In this document: piece by piece, positions 40,168-53,798 of the stretch
Numbering within the stretch: the stretch's first letter is position 1
Layout of the letters: the number at the start of each line of letters is the position of its first letter
NCBI GenBank assembly: GCA_964016885.1
Contig: OZ024746.1
Location: 10,044,001-10,108,000, forward strand
DNA length: 64,000 nt
DNA from: Eledone cirrhosa
Lineage: Eukaryota
Direction: 5' to 3'
Notes under the pieces: model-generated
What the model was told of the DNA's origin: nothing
Database searches by the model: none
The model's input: only the letters and a program-made list of their open reading frames with translations
Made by a program: the position numbers and the translations under genes

Positions 40168-42913
40168 GTAAGTTAAAAACTTTCTATATTAATTTTTATG
40201 GTAATTTGAAACTTTTCTTTTCATATATCACAATAAAAAAATTCTTCCCACACTAAGTCACACTATAAAATAAAATTTCTAGCTTGGTTGCATATATAAT
40301 AGAATAAAACTACTATTTTATGTTTCATAGTAAGATTAAGCTTCCCACTTCTCATCTCATGGAAAACTGACACTTTCCAATGAACACCTCGTGATTAGAT
40401 ATAATTTTCTACTTAACACCTCTAAGGAAATTAGACTCTTTCCTTTAATATCCAATGATGAATTATCACCATGTTTGGCTTGTTTTCTTTATACTTTTCA
40501 TGCTTTAATGCCAAGACTGTCTAATCAGACAAATTCTTGTTAGACATTATGTACAGCAATTTGTAGTGAAAACAAAATCAATTCCTGCCAGATTTCATGA
40601 GTGAAGACACTTTTCCTGCTCATATTCAAGACAGATTAGGATTACTTAGGTTCTATACAAATTCATAAATATGTACTGGATAGAGATGGATTTACTTAGA
40701 AGTAAAGTCCACAGAAATACTTCATAAAAACTAGATAAATTTTTACAGAATAGATAATATTTTTTTTAATGTTTAATTGGTCTAAAAGAATGCCCATGAT
40801 CTTTGCACGACTCCACCAAAAAAGAATCAGTTAATGTTCCTTTTGAATAGTTCCAGGTTGATGGCTATTTAAAGTATTAAGAGTTAGGAATGAATTGATT
40901 GGTGATGTAGAAATTCTTTATAGATGCAAGTGAGTGACTTAGAACTAGAATGATGGAGTTGACAAAGTAAAGTGCTGCATTAGAATGTTTATTATTTATA
41001 AATAGTAAAGGAACAAGGCAGCATATTTCTGTTCACTATGAAACTATTGCTATTGGTGCATCATCAACAAAAGTGCAACATTTTTACAAGAAACATGCAT
41101 TCAGGCAGTGGGAACCAAATGTAAGCTCTACAAAACCCAATCAACTAGTAGTTCAAATGAAGTCACAAACCACATATACCCTACATGTGGTCAATATTTC
41201 TATGTTATAATTGCTCCTATCGACCATTTACAGACACATAATCAATCAATCATTTAACCAACATCACTAATGTATGAACACTCAAATTCTGTTTGACTGA
41301 AATCAAACCCCATACAGTTGTTATAAAAATATAAGTTTCCCTCCATTGAAATGTGTCACATATAGATATCTGCAGGAAGGTCAGTCACACATGATACATT
41401 GTGACATCCATTAACATATTATAAGATCAATCATTATAATTAATTTTTGGTAGATGCTGGCATAAAATCAAATCTTTTTGTATTTCTTGATAAATTTAGG
41501 AATTGTAATCAAGTGGGTTACTAGAGGCACGTCTGTTTAGTAACTGGTATGAATTGAAGAAAAAAGACAGATTTAACAGCCGAAGTAATTAAAAAATTAT
41601 TCTCTTGCAACTAAATGATGAAGAGAAAATATTTTCATAGAAGACAATAAATTACATTGCCCATATAATTTATGGGGTGGTACTCTGTGGGTGTGTATAT
41701 ATATACACACACCTGTGTGTGTATATATATAGACACACACATAGTCAGTGTTCATAAGCCTATGATTTCATTTTTTTTTTATTTTTGCTTATTTTTAGGA
41801 AATAATATTGCTGATGTTGTTCCTATCTATTTTAATTACATATTGTTTTGTTTTGGGTTTTTTTTTTCTATTGTTGTTTTTGTTTGTTTTTTGTTATTCA
41901 ATAAAATAATAAGCAAAAACCACTTCTCAAACAAGGTTTATTTGCCATAATGAGATTCATTATCTCCCTATGCAGAATGGGCAAGAAATGTTGTTGTTTT
42001 TTACATATGCTTTGATGTTCAAGAAAATTAATGTTCCAGTACAAGATATCATTGATTAAATATTCTGAGATGAAAATAATGGCATCCCTAGATTTCTAAT
42101 CAAAGTTTATAAAGAAAAATCACAAGGTTTGGTTTTACTGATAACATTGACTTAAATTAAGGTATTTAATCATAAGTTACCAATGAATCTCTTTGGGCAG
42201 AACATTTTTAGGATATTTTGTATTTGATGTTTTATTTTTTTAATTGTCTTTTTTTTTAGAAATGGAGATAATTTTTTTTATCGGTTGTTTTTTTTGTTTT
42301 TGTGGTGGAGGGGGTCAGTTTTTCTCTAGTGAGGCTTTTGATTAAATTATTGAGCATGTACAAATGAAATTTGTGATATGAGACATTAAAGGAATGAAAT
42401 AAATTAAGAAAGTCATTAGGAAGAGGCATGTTAAGTGCTGCCTGTAAGAGATAGCATTAATACTATATTATGGACTTGTGTAATATAGCTTTTGTCTTTG
42501 AATAGTTTAGGTCAAATAGTTTAGGTCAAATCTTACAGATGTCATCATTCATCTTGCACACCATTTCCATTCCATTAACCCGTAACTCCTGCTGTAGTTG
42601 TAGGGCTGTCATAATGATATACAGCATTTCCTGGCCATTTTTATAAACCTGGCAGAACCCATCTCCTCTCCAGGCCTATACACAGCTGATTTCTTATAGA
42701 GAAGGAGAAAGAGAGTGATAGAGGGGAAGTAAGGAAGGAAGAATCAACCCTAGTACTGAACTGTACTCTATTTATCGACCTTGAAAAATGAAATACAAAG
42801 TTGACCCCAGCAAGATTGGAACTCAGAGTACAGCAAGCTCTAACGACTGTCAATTTACTACCCTTGCATGGTGGTAAATTCATAAATTTACATACTCGTA
42901 AATTTATACAAAT

Positions 42914-43130
42914 AATGATTTCTGATTTAGGCACAAGGCCAACAATTTTCGGGGGAGGGGAAAGTCGATTAAATCGACCCCAGTGCATTACTGGTACATT
43001 ATTTTACTGAACCTGTAAGGATGACAGGCAAAGCAAACCTTATCTTCTGAACTCAGAACATAAAAGGCTGTAACGCTAGGCCACAAACCATGGTGTCCAA
43101 CACTCTACCAATACTGTCAATCCACTGTCA
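42914..43130 (-). mobile_element. Nin-like SINE (diverged)
   Basis: Consensus match. An older composite relative lies at 42590-42870 and 38910-39200. Confidence 0.8.
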
Positions 43131-43965
43131 ATCCATTATTTATATAAATAATAAGTTTGAATCAGTTCTGACAAGATTAGGAAGTTTCACGTCCAATACG
43201 TTAGTATTTATATTCACAAAAATCAGAAAAGAAAGACCAAATGTGTATATTTCCAAAGCATTGAATCAATCCAAGTGTATTGTTTCCAAATTATGTCTTT
43301 TACTCTGTAGTAAAACATAATTTGGAAACAATACACTCTACTTGTTCTGACTTGAACATTATTACATTATTGATTATGTATTTGTTTGTATGAATGGATG
43401 TTTCTATAAATTGGACATTATTCTCATCTAACAAACTTCTCATTTATTTTTCCTCTTGCTGGTGTGACTCATTATATTTACTAATAAACATTGAATTTTA
43501 TTATATCTGATTCTTTCATTCCATGAGAAAAACAATCTTTATGGACATTTTTTCTAATAACTACATGACAATTATTTGTATCCTAACGTTATAACTTACT
43601 ATGTGTAAAATTAACATTTCACTGAGTAAATGCCGATTGTTGTGTTCTATGATTTCTGTTAATATAACTAAACAACACATAAATATCTGTTGTTTTCTGG
43701 TATTATCATTCACAATATATAATTTAAGAGCAGTGAGTTAGCAATATTTAGTTATGTTCCTTTACATTCTGTGTTCAAACCCAACATCAATAAAATACTG
43801 TACTTATTAAGTATTGGGATTAATTTAATCAACTGTTTCATCATCACAAAAGGACCTGTATTAGAAATCCATAAACAATTTCCACCATATATGTCTTTGG
43901 CTCTAACCTAGAAGGTTTAGAAGACTTAGACATCATTGGCTGAAACCTGACATCATACTACTATA

Positions 43966-44188
43966 TAATGGTTTCTTATATAGGCACAAGGCCTGCAATT
44001 TTGGAGGAAGGGAAAGTCGATTAATTCGACCCCAGTGCTTGACTGGTACTTTATTTTATCAACCCCGTAAGGACGAAAGGCAAAGTTAACCTTGGCAGGA
44101 TTGCAACTCAGATCGTAAAGGGACGTAACTCTATGCTGCATATAGATTGGCATCCGATCCTCTACCGATACTGCCAATCCACCGCCCT
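43966..44188 (-). mobile_element. Nin-like SINE with ~20-bp TSD
   Basis: acatcatactacta(t/c)ataatg on both flanks. Confidence 0.92.
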
Positions 44189-44213
44189 GTACATCATACT
44201 ACTACATAATGTA

Positions 44214-44401
44214 CAGGGTGAGCATAAAGTCTTTCCATGGTTATAAAATACCATATCTTGGATACTATTTGAGATTTTACTTTTTCATTGTTTTAATTGA
44301 TAAATTTAAAGTTTAAAGATATGTTTTACATTTTCTCTTCTAAAACTGTTTTTTTATTTTGTTTATGTTTATAATCAGGGAAAGAATTTATTCTCACCCT
44401 G
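44214..44401. mobile_element. Tc1/mariner MITE
   Basis: TA TSD; TIR cagggtgagcataaagtctttcc / ggaaagaatttattctcaccctg. Confidence 0.85.
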
Positions 44402-45213
44402 TATATTCCTTGGTTCAATTTACTTAGCCTTTTTGTTGCTATATTTCAAATGTTTATGATTTCAAATCATTTTGAAATTAAGAATCTGGAGGGATTTAGC
44501 AACATAAGTGATTTTTCTCATTGTTAAACTAGTGCTTAGAATATAAACGATATTACATAAAATCATTGATAGGAGGGATTAGATAAATATCCCAGTTTTT
44601 AGAATAAGTACACTGTATCCTTGTGTGTTGTAAAAAATAACTAAAAGGGTTGGCATCAAGAAGGGTATCCAGCAGTAATATATTATCTCAGACCATCCCA
44701 TGCAAACTCGTGCCACCATGGAAGGGTGAACGTAGAAACAATGATAAATATTTTAAATCAAGCAGTTTTGTCTCACAGACCCAGGAACTGATTCAGGCAG
44801 TTTGCTATCAAAATTATAGGTCCAACTTCTGAGTAAAAGTTTTAATGATAGAAAGGGGATCACTGTAAAAGGAAACACAACATCAATACCTGCAACAAAA
44901 TCATCATCATCAATAGAAACAGCAACATTATTGATTGAGTGCTCCTTGTTTCTATGTTTGTATCACAATGAGGCAATGTCTCCTCCATAATATCAGCTGG
45001 GTCAAGAGGTAGACTGACTCTTAAATTTCATTTATGGTGGTGGTGGTGGTGGTGGTGGTGGTGGCATGTGGAATAGAATTACTTCTATTTTATTATATTG
45101 TGTAGACATAATTGGATGTAACAGATGATTTAGATCACTTATCTGAATTTATGTGATTTATAGTAAAGTAGAAGTTTGTAGTTGGTATGTTGAAGGATTG
45201 GTTAGCAGCTTAA

Positions 45214-45433
45214 CTCTTTAGTATTTAGACCAAATGTATACAGCCAGTATTTCTCACCTCTTTCTGTTCAAACCGGCTGTAACTGGTCACTCATACTGAT
45301 GTTAAGGTATTGTTCTCAAAATAAATAATATTAAAATCTCATAGATTCGATATTATGTGAGATAATTATATGAGATAAAACCTTTACCATGAAAATACAA
45401 TAGTATATGTAGATTAATGTAAATGCTAAAGGG
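45214..45433 (-). mobile_element. piggyBac-like MITE family 1
   Basis: Reverse complement of 11539-11759. Confidence 0.85.
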
Positions 45434-45934
45434 CAATTGAAGCAGTCTTGATTATTCTCTTATAAATAATTAGAGCAGAATGTTTGAGCTTCATAGTATC
45501 CTCCTTGTAAAGGCTTGTCTAGAGCTTTGTAAAGGTGTATCTATGTTGGTAAAAAGAATATATGTATACACATATGTACACCTTGTATACAAAATCTTAA
45601 CTTTGAGAATTTGTCAATAGATACACTACTTTAACAAGAATGTAACAACATATCTAAATGTATTTAAAGAAATATATTTTTTACTATAGATAATGCTATT
45701 GACAGTTCTTCTCAAGTATTCTAAGAGCTATTTATCATGTATATCAAGCTTACAGCCAAATAATGTAGACATTCTTAATGTTTTCCTGTAAATCACCACC
45801 TTCTAGACATCTGCACCTGTGTTCTTTACTTTACAGTGATTTCCATCTACAGCTTCTTATTTAATGAGAGTTCTCCAAATTTCAATTTTGTTTTATTTTC
45901 ATTTATTATGTATGTTTTCTGTTTATTTCTAGCA

Positions 45935-46445
45935 TGGGTTGTTGGTCAGTTGGTCGGTTGGTTGGTTGGTTGGTTAGTCGGTTGGTTGGCTGGCTGGTTG
46001 GTTGGTTGGTTGGTTAGTTGGTTGGTTGGCCTTGGTTGGCTGGCTGGTTGGTTGGTTGGCTGGCTGGCTGGTTGGCTGGCTGGCTGGTTGGCTGGTTGGC
46101 TGGTTGGATGGCTGGATGGCTGAGGGCTGATTGGCTGGCTGGTTGGTTGGTTGGCTAGTTGGTTGGTTGGTTGGCTGGATGGATGGATGGATGGATGGCT
46201 GGCTGGCTGGCTAGTTGGTTGGTCAGTTGGTTGGTTGGTTGGCTGGTTAGTTGGCTGGTTGGCTAGTTGGTCAGTTGGTTGGCTGGTTAGTTGGCTGGTT
46301 GGCTAGTTGGTCAGTTGGTTGGTTGGTTGGCTGGTTAGTTGGCTGGTTGGCTAGTTGGTCAGTTGGTTGGCTGGTTAGTTGGCTGGTTGGCTAGTTGGTC
46401 AGTTGGTTGGTTGGTTGGTTGGCTAGTTGGTCAGTTGGTTGGTTG
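45935..46445. repeat. (GGTT/GGCT)n compound satellite with higher-order units
   Basis: Direct reading. Confidence 0.95.
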
Positions 46446-46826
46446 AGCCTGTTATTCGTGAGTTTTCATTGGTTGTTTATTTTTCCTATGATAAACATCC
46501 AAAGAATATTCAGTTTTAAATTACTACTAGATATGTAAAACTCCTTCAAATTTTACAATTCTGTTCTTTTTTCAGCTGTGACCACCGCCATTTTTGGTGA
46601 GTTGGCAGTAATTTCCTAGTGTAATGTTTGGTCTTAGCAATCAATACTGTATGGAAGAGAAACTATCAGTAGATAACAACCATGTTTAACTCTTTTGTTA
46701 TAATACATCTAGAAGATACTATCTATAATTTCCAAATCATTTGGAAAATAATCAAGAATTTGGAGGGACATACTAATATAACTAAAATACTCATTATTAA
46801 GCTGGAGCCAAGGAGGAAGCCTTTAA

Positions 46827-47047
46827 CCCTTTACCATTTACATTACTCTGTATTTACTATCAAATTTTTACGATAAAGGCTTTCCCTCACATAATTATCT
46901 TACATAGTATCGAATCTATGAGATTTTGATATTATTTATGTTGAGAATAAAACCTTATCATCAGTATGAGCGGCTAGTTACAGCCTATTTAAACAGATAG
47001 CAGTGAGAGAATTCTGGCCGGATATGGTCGGTTTAAATGCTAAAGGG
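46827..47047 (+). mobile_element. piggyBac-like MITE family 1
   Basis: TTAA flanks and TIRs as at 11539. Confidence 0.88.
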
Positions 47048-47310
47048 TTAATATGGTTACTTGACCTGCTCAATATAACAACATCCCTCTTTATCTCTCT
47101 CCCTCCTTCTCTCTCTCTCCCTATGTATATATATATATATAATGATGATGGTAATATTACATAAAACACATGAAAAGCTGACATGTACCTTCCTAGGTGG
47201 TCAGAGTTTCCAGAAGTGGCATCAGATTGCTTTGGGAAACTCCAAGTACCTAGGAAGATATACACCAGTTTGTCTGTGTTTTATATAATATATAACATTT
47301 ACCTCTATGT

Positions 47311-47687
47311 CAGTGGTTCTCAACGGTGGGCCAAGGGCCCACTCAGTGGGCCCGAGACAATTTTGAGTGGGCCCGGAGAAATTTCAGTGGGCCTGGAAAT
47401 TTGTTCAGACTTTCTTGGAACTTAAGATCACACAAAATTTAAATGGAGTCGGGATCATATGGGGTAAGTGTTCTAGAATGTTCTTTGAGCACTGACCCTG
47501 GCAATTTCTAGGGGGTAAAGTGGGCCGGGAGAACACAAAGATTAAGAAGCACTAGTATATATATCATGTGGGGGTTATAGTCCGGAATAGTTTTTGAGCA
47601 ATAGTTTACGCTTGTAAAATAAGTGGGCCCGGACATTTTTCAGGAGCTAAAAGTGGGCCCGGGAGTCAAAAAGTTTGAGAAACACTG
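47311..47687. mobile_element. hAT-superfamily MITE
   Basis: Perfect 8-bp TSD ctctatgt; TIR cagtggttctcaa / ttgagaaacactg; repeated subterminal agtgggccc. Confidence 0.93.
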
Positions 47688-48116
47688 CTCTATGTTAATA
47701 TACTGAGGGCTCATTCTTTAGTGATTACAATCCAACACTCTTCATAGTATTGTATACTACAAAGCATTAAACAGTTTTGTCAAACATACATGGTAGTGCA
47801 CCCGAGCACTGTACAGAATAATTTTCATTATTTCATTTACAAACTGTTCATAGGTATGTGGAATTGTGTAATAAATCAGCTACTACTTCATCATCATCAT
47901 CATCATCATCGTTTAATGTCTATCTTCCACGCTAGCATGGGTTAGACAGGAATTGTCCCACTTGAGGCAAGATTGGTCAGGTGACCGTGTCTCGCTCGTA
48001 TAGGACTATTTGGCAGGCTTTCTACACACAGGTCCTCAGTTCAAGTCAAGCTAATAAAACTTCATAAGAACTTTTTATATATCTTTTCCATTAAACATAT
48101 TTTTCTATCTTTTCAG

Positions 48117-48185
48117 GAGCGACTGTTTCTCACTTATTCTAATTATGGCTTTACTGTGATATTTTCATTGGAGATGACATTAAAA
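48117..48185 (+). CDS. Cav3: Cav3 exon, domain III S2 (ERLFLTYSNYGFTVIFSLEMTLK)
   Basis: Acceptor tctatcttttcag and donor AAA|gtaagt. 69 nt, phase 0/0. S2 motif FT.IF..EM..K. Confidence 0.96.
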
Positions 48186-48199
48186 GTAAGTCAGTTACA

Positions 48200-48620
48200 T
48201 ATACACGCATATACACATAACATATACATACATATGTACATACATACATACACGCATATACACATAACATATACATACATATGTACATACATACATACAC
48301 ACATAACACATACATATCTACATACACACATAACATATACATACATATGTACATACATACATACACACATAACACATACATATCTACATACACACATAAC
48401 ATATACATACATATGTACATACATACACACATAACACATACATATCTACATACACACATAACATATACATACATATGTACATACATACATACACACATAA
48501 CACATACATATCTACATATACACATAACATATACATACATATGTACATACATACATACACACATAACACATACATATCTACATACACACATAACATATAC
48601 ATAAATACATACATACACAT
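48200..48620. repeat. 66-bp CA/TA-rich minisatellite directly after exon 48117-48185
   Basis: 22-codon periodicity in the ORF track and by direct reading. Confidence 0.9.
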
Positions 48621-48976
48621 ACATACATACACATACATACATCATACTTATTTACATATACACATATGTACACACACACTAACACACATTCATACATACA
48701 TCATACTTACATACATATGTATGCACACACTCAGAAAAACACATACATATGTGTGGACATGATTGCTCAGTCTGCTAGAAATAACAGCCAAACATAACAA
48801 ACACAACAGTCTCTGCCTGGTTCAACACTAATATCAGTTATATAAGTCAGACTAACTCTTAATCTATAATAAAATCTAAAATAAACCTAAAGAGACATTT
48901 TTTAGTTTTGTTTATGTTTTATTTTTTTTAATAACTTCAATTGTTTTGCATTTATTTTTGTTTTTTATACTTTCAG

Positions 48977-49161
48977 GTTCTAGCCAAAGGCTGGATAATA
49001 GGAAGACATGCATATTTGAAAAGTGGCTGGAATATTATGGATGGTTTTTTAGTAATTATTTCACTTATCGACATCACTATCTCCGCTACAGCCCAGAGTA
49101 GTCCAAGAATCTTTGGAATTTTACGAGTGTTTAGATTGCTACGTACTCTGAGGCCACTGCG
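48977..49161 (+). CDS. Cav3: Cav3 exon, domain III S3-S4 (VLAKGWIIGRHAYLKSGWNIMDGFLVIISLIDITISATAQSSPRIFGILRVFRLLRTLRPLR)
   Basis: Acceptor tactttcag and donor CG|gtaagc. 185 nt. WN..D S3 motif and RxxRxxRxxRPLR voltage sensor. Confidence 0.98.
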
Positions 49162-50036
49162 GTAAGCTATCAACAACATTTTGGTGTATTGACCAAGTAC
49201 TTCATTAGTAACTGTTTCCATGGATGTATTTATTTGTATAACTTGTTCTTTCACATGAAAAGATCATAGCTGCTAAGTCTTATTAGTTTCTTAATCTGAT
49301 TTGGCATTGCATTTTCCTGCAGCAATAGTTGCTTCTCAGATCTTAATCACTGAATTGGTGAAATGATTTTTTTTTATATTTGTTGCTGGGTTTTTTGTTG
49401 GGGTTTTTTTTTTCTATATTATTTCCAGGTTTATCTCATTAATAAAATACTAAAAACACTGGAAAGAACACCAAGAAAAAAAATTTAGACACTCTTGGAA
49501 GCTAATATTACATAGTTATTCTGTTGGTCGTTCCCTGGAAGCCAATCAAGTAACAATGTGTTTTACCTTCCATTTAGTTATTCAATTATTACAAGAAGAT
49601 GAATTAAGTAATATTAAGATGAAGAAGAAGGAGAAAGAGTAGTGAGAAAACCTATATAAACGATAGATAATCTTAATAACAAAAAAAGCCATTTTACTAT
49701 GAGATACTATGAAAGTAATTATACTAAAGTAAGAAAATTACCAATATATAATATTGAAGAATTAATGAAGAGTAAGTCACCTAGATACTTATTGATTTCC
49801 AGTCAGTTTGATATTTTGCTAATACATCACTCCTTCTTTCATATCTGTTATACTACCTAGAAAAGCTGGGTTTATTTCTGTTTTACCTATTCATATTTTC
49901 AAAAATATGATAGTGTGGAAAAGGTAAAATGATAGAGACATTCTATCAGCTGAGATTTAGATGTTGTCCCCTTATTCATTCAGTAATCATTGCTCTTCTT
50001 ATATATAAATAGCCTTATAGTCAACCTGGTTTTTAG

Positions 50037-50245
50037 CCCTTTAGCATTTACATTACTCATTGTATTTTCATGGTAAAATCTTTACCTCACATAATTATCA
50101 CATAATATTGAGTCTATCAGATTTTTATATTGCTTATTTTGAGAACACTACCTTAACATCAATATGAATGGCCAGTTATAGCCAGTTTGAAAAGAAGGAG
50201 GCGAGAGAATTCTGGCCGGATATGGCCGGTTTAAATGCTAAAGGG
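50037..50245 (+). mobile_element. piggyBac-like MITE family 1
   Basis: TTAG/TTAA flanks and TIRs. Confidence 0.85.
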
Positions 50246-50922
50246 TTAAGGCACAAATAAACACTTAGTTTTCATGTAGTGATTAAAAGAGAAATACATA
50301 GATCTGGATTGCCTAATGCTTTCTCTTGGTTCATGAGAATATTTGAACTCAAGACACCAAGCTAATAATAAACCTCAGTTGTATGGTGTCTGAATTGTTT
50401 AGAGGGATATATTATATTTCTCTATATACTAATTTAGAGCTTTGGGGTCATTTGGAGTTTAAGTGTCTTTTCCAATGACTCTGCATCAGTAACCCTAAGA
50501 TCTAAAAGCTAGCCTCCTATCAATTCTGTGACACTTTAAATACATTGATACATCAATAAATTAAATTTTGTATTATTCGTTACTATCTTTTTAATGTTTA
50601 TAGGGTGGTTAATTGGCAGTGATTAGAATGTCAGATATAATGCCTTGCTGTGTTTGTTCTGACTTTGTGCACTCTCAATTCAAATTCCACCACCACCACC
50701 TCAACCACCAAGGTCAACTTTGTCTTTCTTTTTCATGTCAATAAATTGCCAGTCTTGGGTAGTAAACTGGTGAAATTGTTAGAGCATGAAGCAAGAGGTC
50801 TTACAATATCTAATATGGCTCTTTGCCTTCTGAGTTTAAATTCCACTTATTATTGGCCTTCTCATGACAGGAAACAAGTCTTCCAGGATTCTGTAAACAG
50901 GGATAGACTGCTCTTATTAAAC

Positions 50923-51089
50923 CAGTCATGGGCAAACTGCAGACGATGGGCCATATGCAGCTCATTTGACTTTCTGAATGGTACATGCCTAATTTCAAAC
51001 CTGCCTTGAATTATTTAGTAGTGTAGCTCACCATATGATGAGACACATCCTATGTGGCCCACTGCTCAAAAACGTTTGCCCGTGCCTTG
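50923..51089 (-). mobile_element. hAT MITE (family shared with 56652-56824)
   Basis: TIR cagtcatgggcaa / ttgcccgtgccttg; body is the reverse complement of the 56652 copy. Confidence 0.75.
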
Positions 51090-51382
51090 ATTAAAGCAAC
51101 ATCTTGGTCACACAAGCAGAATAAATAATGATTTCTAATTTTGGGACAAGGCCAGCAATTTGTGAAGAGGGGGGAAAAATCAATTATATCAACACCAGTA
51201 CTTTACTGGTACTTCATTTTATCAACTCCAGAAGGATAAAATGCAAAGTTACCCTCAGCAGGGTTTGAACTCAGAACGTAAAGGGCCAAAACTGAATGCC
51301 ACAAAGCCAATCCACTGGGCCAAGCAGGATAAATAATAGGACAGGAAAATATCTTTTAAGTATCTATCTTTTTTTTTTTCAG

Positions 51383-51509
51383 AGTGATCAGCCGAGCACC
51401 AGGGTTAAAATTAGTGGTGCAGACTCTATTGTCTTCTCTGAGACCAATTGGGAACATCGTGCTTATATGTTGCACATTCTTTATTATATTTGGAATTTTA
51501 GGTGTGCAA
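51383..51509 (+). CDS. Cav3: Cav3 exon, domain III S4-S5 linker and S5 ([42 protein letters not shown])
   Basis: Acceptor poly-T-cag and donor CAA|gtaagt. 127 nt; the first A completes the CGA codon from the previous exon. Confidence 0.98.
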
Positions 51510-51577
51510 GTAAGTGTAATATGTTTAAAGTATTTCCTCTCTTTCATTTTCACATGATATGCAACATTGTTAATGGA

Positions 51578-51624
<47 letters not shown>

Positions 51625-51639
51625 TAATAATAATAATAA

Positions 51640-52440
51640 TGATTTCTTTATTGGCCACAAGGGCTGACATCAAGAAAAACATTACAGATGGCACAGGACG
51701 GTACAGGATGGTACGATGTGGGTTTTGTGCATGTAAAGATTTTTATTATTTATATAAGAAAAGAAAAAAAAGACATAGAAACATATATATGTATATATAA
51801 ACAATAAAAATGAAAATTGAAACAATGAAAAATTCCCCAATAGGGGAGAAACCTCCGAGGGTTACGCGTGGCGAAAACCACACAAAAGGCCACGGCCACC
51901 CTGACCACCAGGGCAAGCGCCCTCTCTCAATTTTTCCATTTCTCAAACTACAGGTGTATATTCAGAGCGGTCCCGTTCACTCGGACCATTCTCGCTACAT
52001 TCACCCACCTTTCAACAAACTTGCTAGAGGGCAGCACTTGCCTCTCCACCCTGATTTTCCTCTTCAAGTGAAACTTGAAAAAGTTAATTAGCCGAAGAGG
52101 AAAGTGTCTGTCTTTAACCCTTTCAACCTTGTCCACCACACAATCTCTTTCGCCATGGCCACCAGGCAGATGAAAACCGCCTGCCCTTCCTCCTCGAAGG
52201 AAGACGGCGAGACCATCTGCACAATGGACTCAGTCGATAACCGGATCAGTCCTACATGCGACAGCAACTGTTCGACATAGCTCCACAAGTCAGCAATGCT
52301 CGGGCACTGGACGAGTGCGTGCACGATGGTTTTGTCGCTCTGCGCGCATCTTGGACAGGCTCGGCTGACGGCACTTCCATGCCTGTAGAGCTTATCTCGA
52401 ACCAGAAACGCTCCCCAGTAGCACTGCCAGGCCAGGGATT
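51640..52440 (-). mobile_element. L1/Tx1-clade LINE 3' fragment (zf-RVT region and 3' UTR)
   Basis: Peptide RDKLYRHGSAVSRACPRCAQSDKTIVHALVQCPSIADLW (CxxC..H..C zinc finger). GC-rich; AATAAA followed by (ATT)n on the minus strand. Confidence 0.88.
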
Positions 52441-52454
52441 TATTAATAATAATA

Positions 52455-52733
52455 ACTTGCTTAATCATTGACATGACTGTACTATCTGATAGAAATGTAT
52501 TAGCAAAAGAGTATGAGAAACTTGCTAAATATAAAGATCTAGAAATTGAGATAAATAGAATATGGCACCTTAAAACACAAACTATTCCAGTAGTGATAGG
52601 AGCTGTAGGTGTCATAAAGAAGGGTGTATAAAAGTTTCTAGAAAACAAACCTAGTAAACCTAGCTTCTATGAAATCCAAAAGATAGTTCTAACAATTACC
52701 GCCCACATACTTCATAAATTTTTGTCTTTGTAA
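52455..52733 (+). mobile_element. R4/Dong-like non-LTR element, restriction-like endonuclease C-terminus
   Basis: CLIIDMTVLSDRNVLAKEYEKLAKYKDLEIEINRIWHLKTQTIPVVIGAVGVIKK..EIQKIVLTITAHILHKFLSL, with one internal stop. Confidence 0.85.
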
Positions 52734-53007
52734 TATATGTCAACACAATCTTTTCTGTTTAATTTTTAGAGCAAATTTAATTAATATTTAATACCATTCA
52801 AATATCCTTAATACAAAATTAATTCATATCTTTTATACTCTATAATACTCCTTTTTATCTCCTCCTACTTTTACCTTTTTATATTTTTATATTTTCTTTT
52901 TAAACTTATTTATCTATCAGCTTTTGTAATGTGACTTGTTAAGTGAATGTGAGAAGGGAACAAAATGGGGGGGGAGGCTATCGAAAACTGTTAAAACCAA
53001 CAATGCC

Positions 53008-53200
53008 TGCCCTAAGTTTCGTGTAGGATTCTGACAGTGATAGTGATGGTAGAAATTTGAGCACTACCTATGAAGGCAGGGATCTCAAGGCTTTTAATGA
53101 AAGATGTAACAAATTTAGGGACCGTCCCTAGCACCCCAATGACGTTTGGCATGACTTCTTTCTATAAATGGTGATCAGTTCTAATAGCACCTACAAGGTC
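53008..53200 (-). mobile_element. Second R4-like endonuclease C-terminal fragment
   Basis: Minus-strand peptide EVMPNVIGVLGTVPKFVTSFIKSLEIPAFIGSAQISTITITVRILHET. Confidence 0.6.
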
Positions 53201-53603
53201 TGCGTACTTATTGATCTTTCCCATTTCCTTTTCAGCCATATTGTGGCCTTGAGGGATTACATGATCAATTAGAGTCCGTTTTTTTTTTTTTTTTTTTTTT
53301 TTGTTTGTTTTTTTGTTAAGCTATAATAGACAACAGTTGCCCAAAAAGCCATGCAATGGGATCAAACCTGGAACTATGTGCTTGTGAAGCTAAATATTTT
53401 AACTACACACCATTTACTGTGCCTAACATGATAGCAACACAGCAATAAATACCATGGAATCTACATTGTAGTATTCAATATTATTAAAATAACCAGACAT
53501 TCATTGCTAATTAATACTCTTATGAGAAGCTATGAATGCTATAGATTTGCATTCTCATTTACCTTCCATCTATCTTTCTATATATGTATTTGTGTATGTG
53601 TGT

Positions 53604-53667
<64 letters not shown>

Positions 53668-53749
53668 AGAGTCAGGGCCTGATGGGTGAGCTCTTGCTAT
53701 TTTGACAGCAAAATTCCAGACTATATTATAGCTAGATAACTCTCTCTTT

Positions 53750-53798
<49 letters not shown>

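Noticed and set aside
45836-46123. GWLV/GWLA-repeat ORF
   Set aside because: It is the translation of the (GGTT/GGCT)n satellite.
52088-52648. 186-aa minus-strand ORF as a host gene
   Set aside because: It is a chimera of the antisense strand of the R4-like fragment and the Tx1 zinc-finger fragment.
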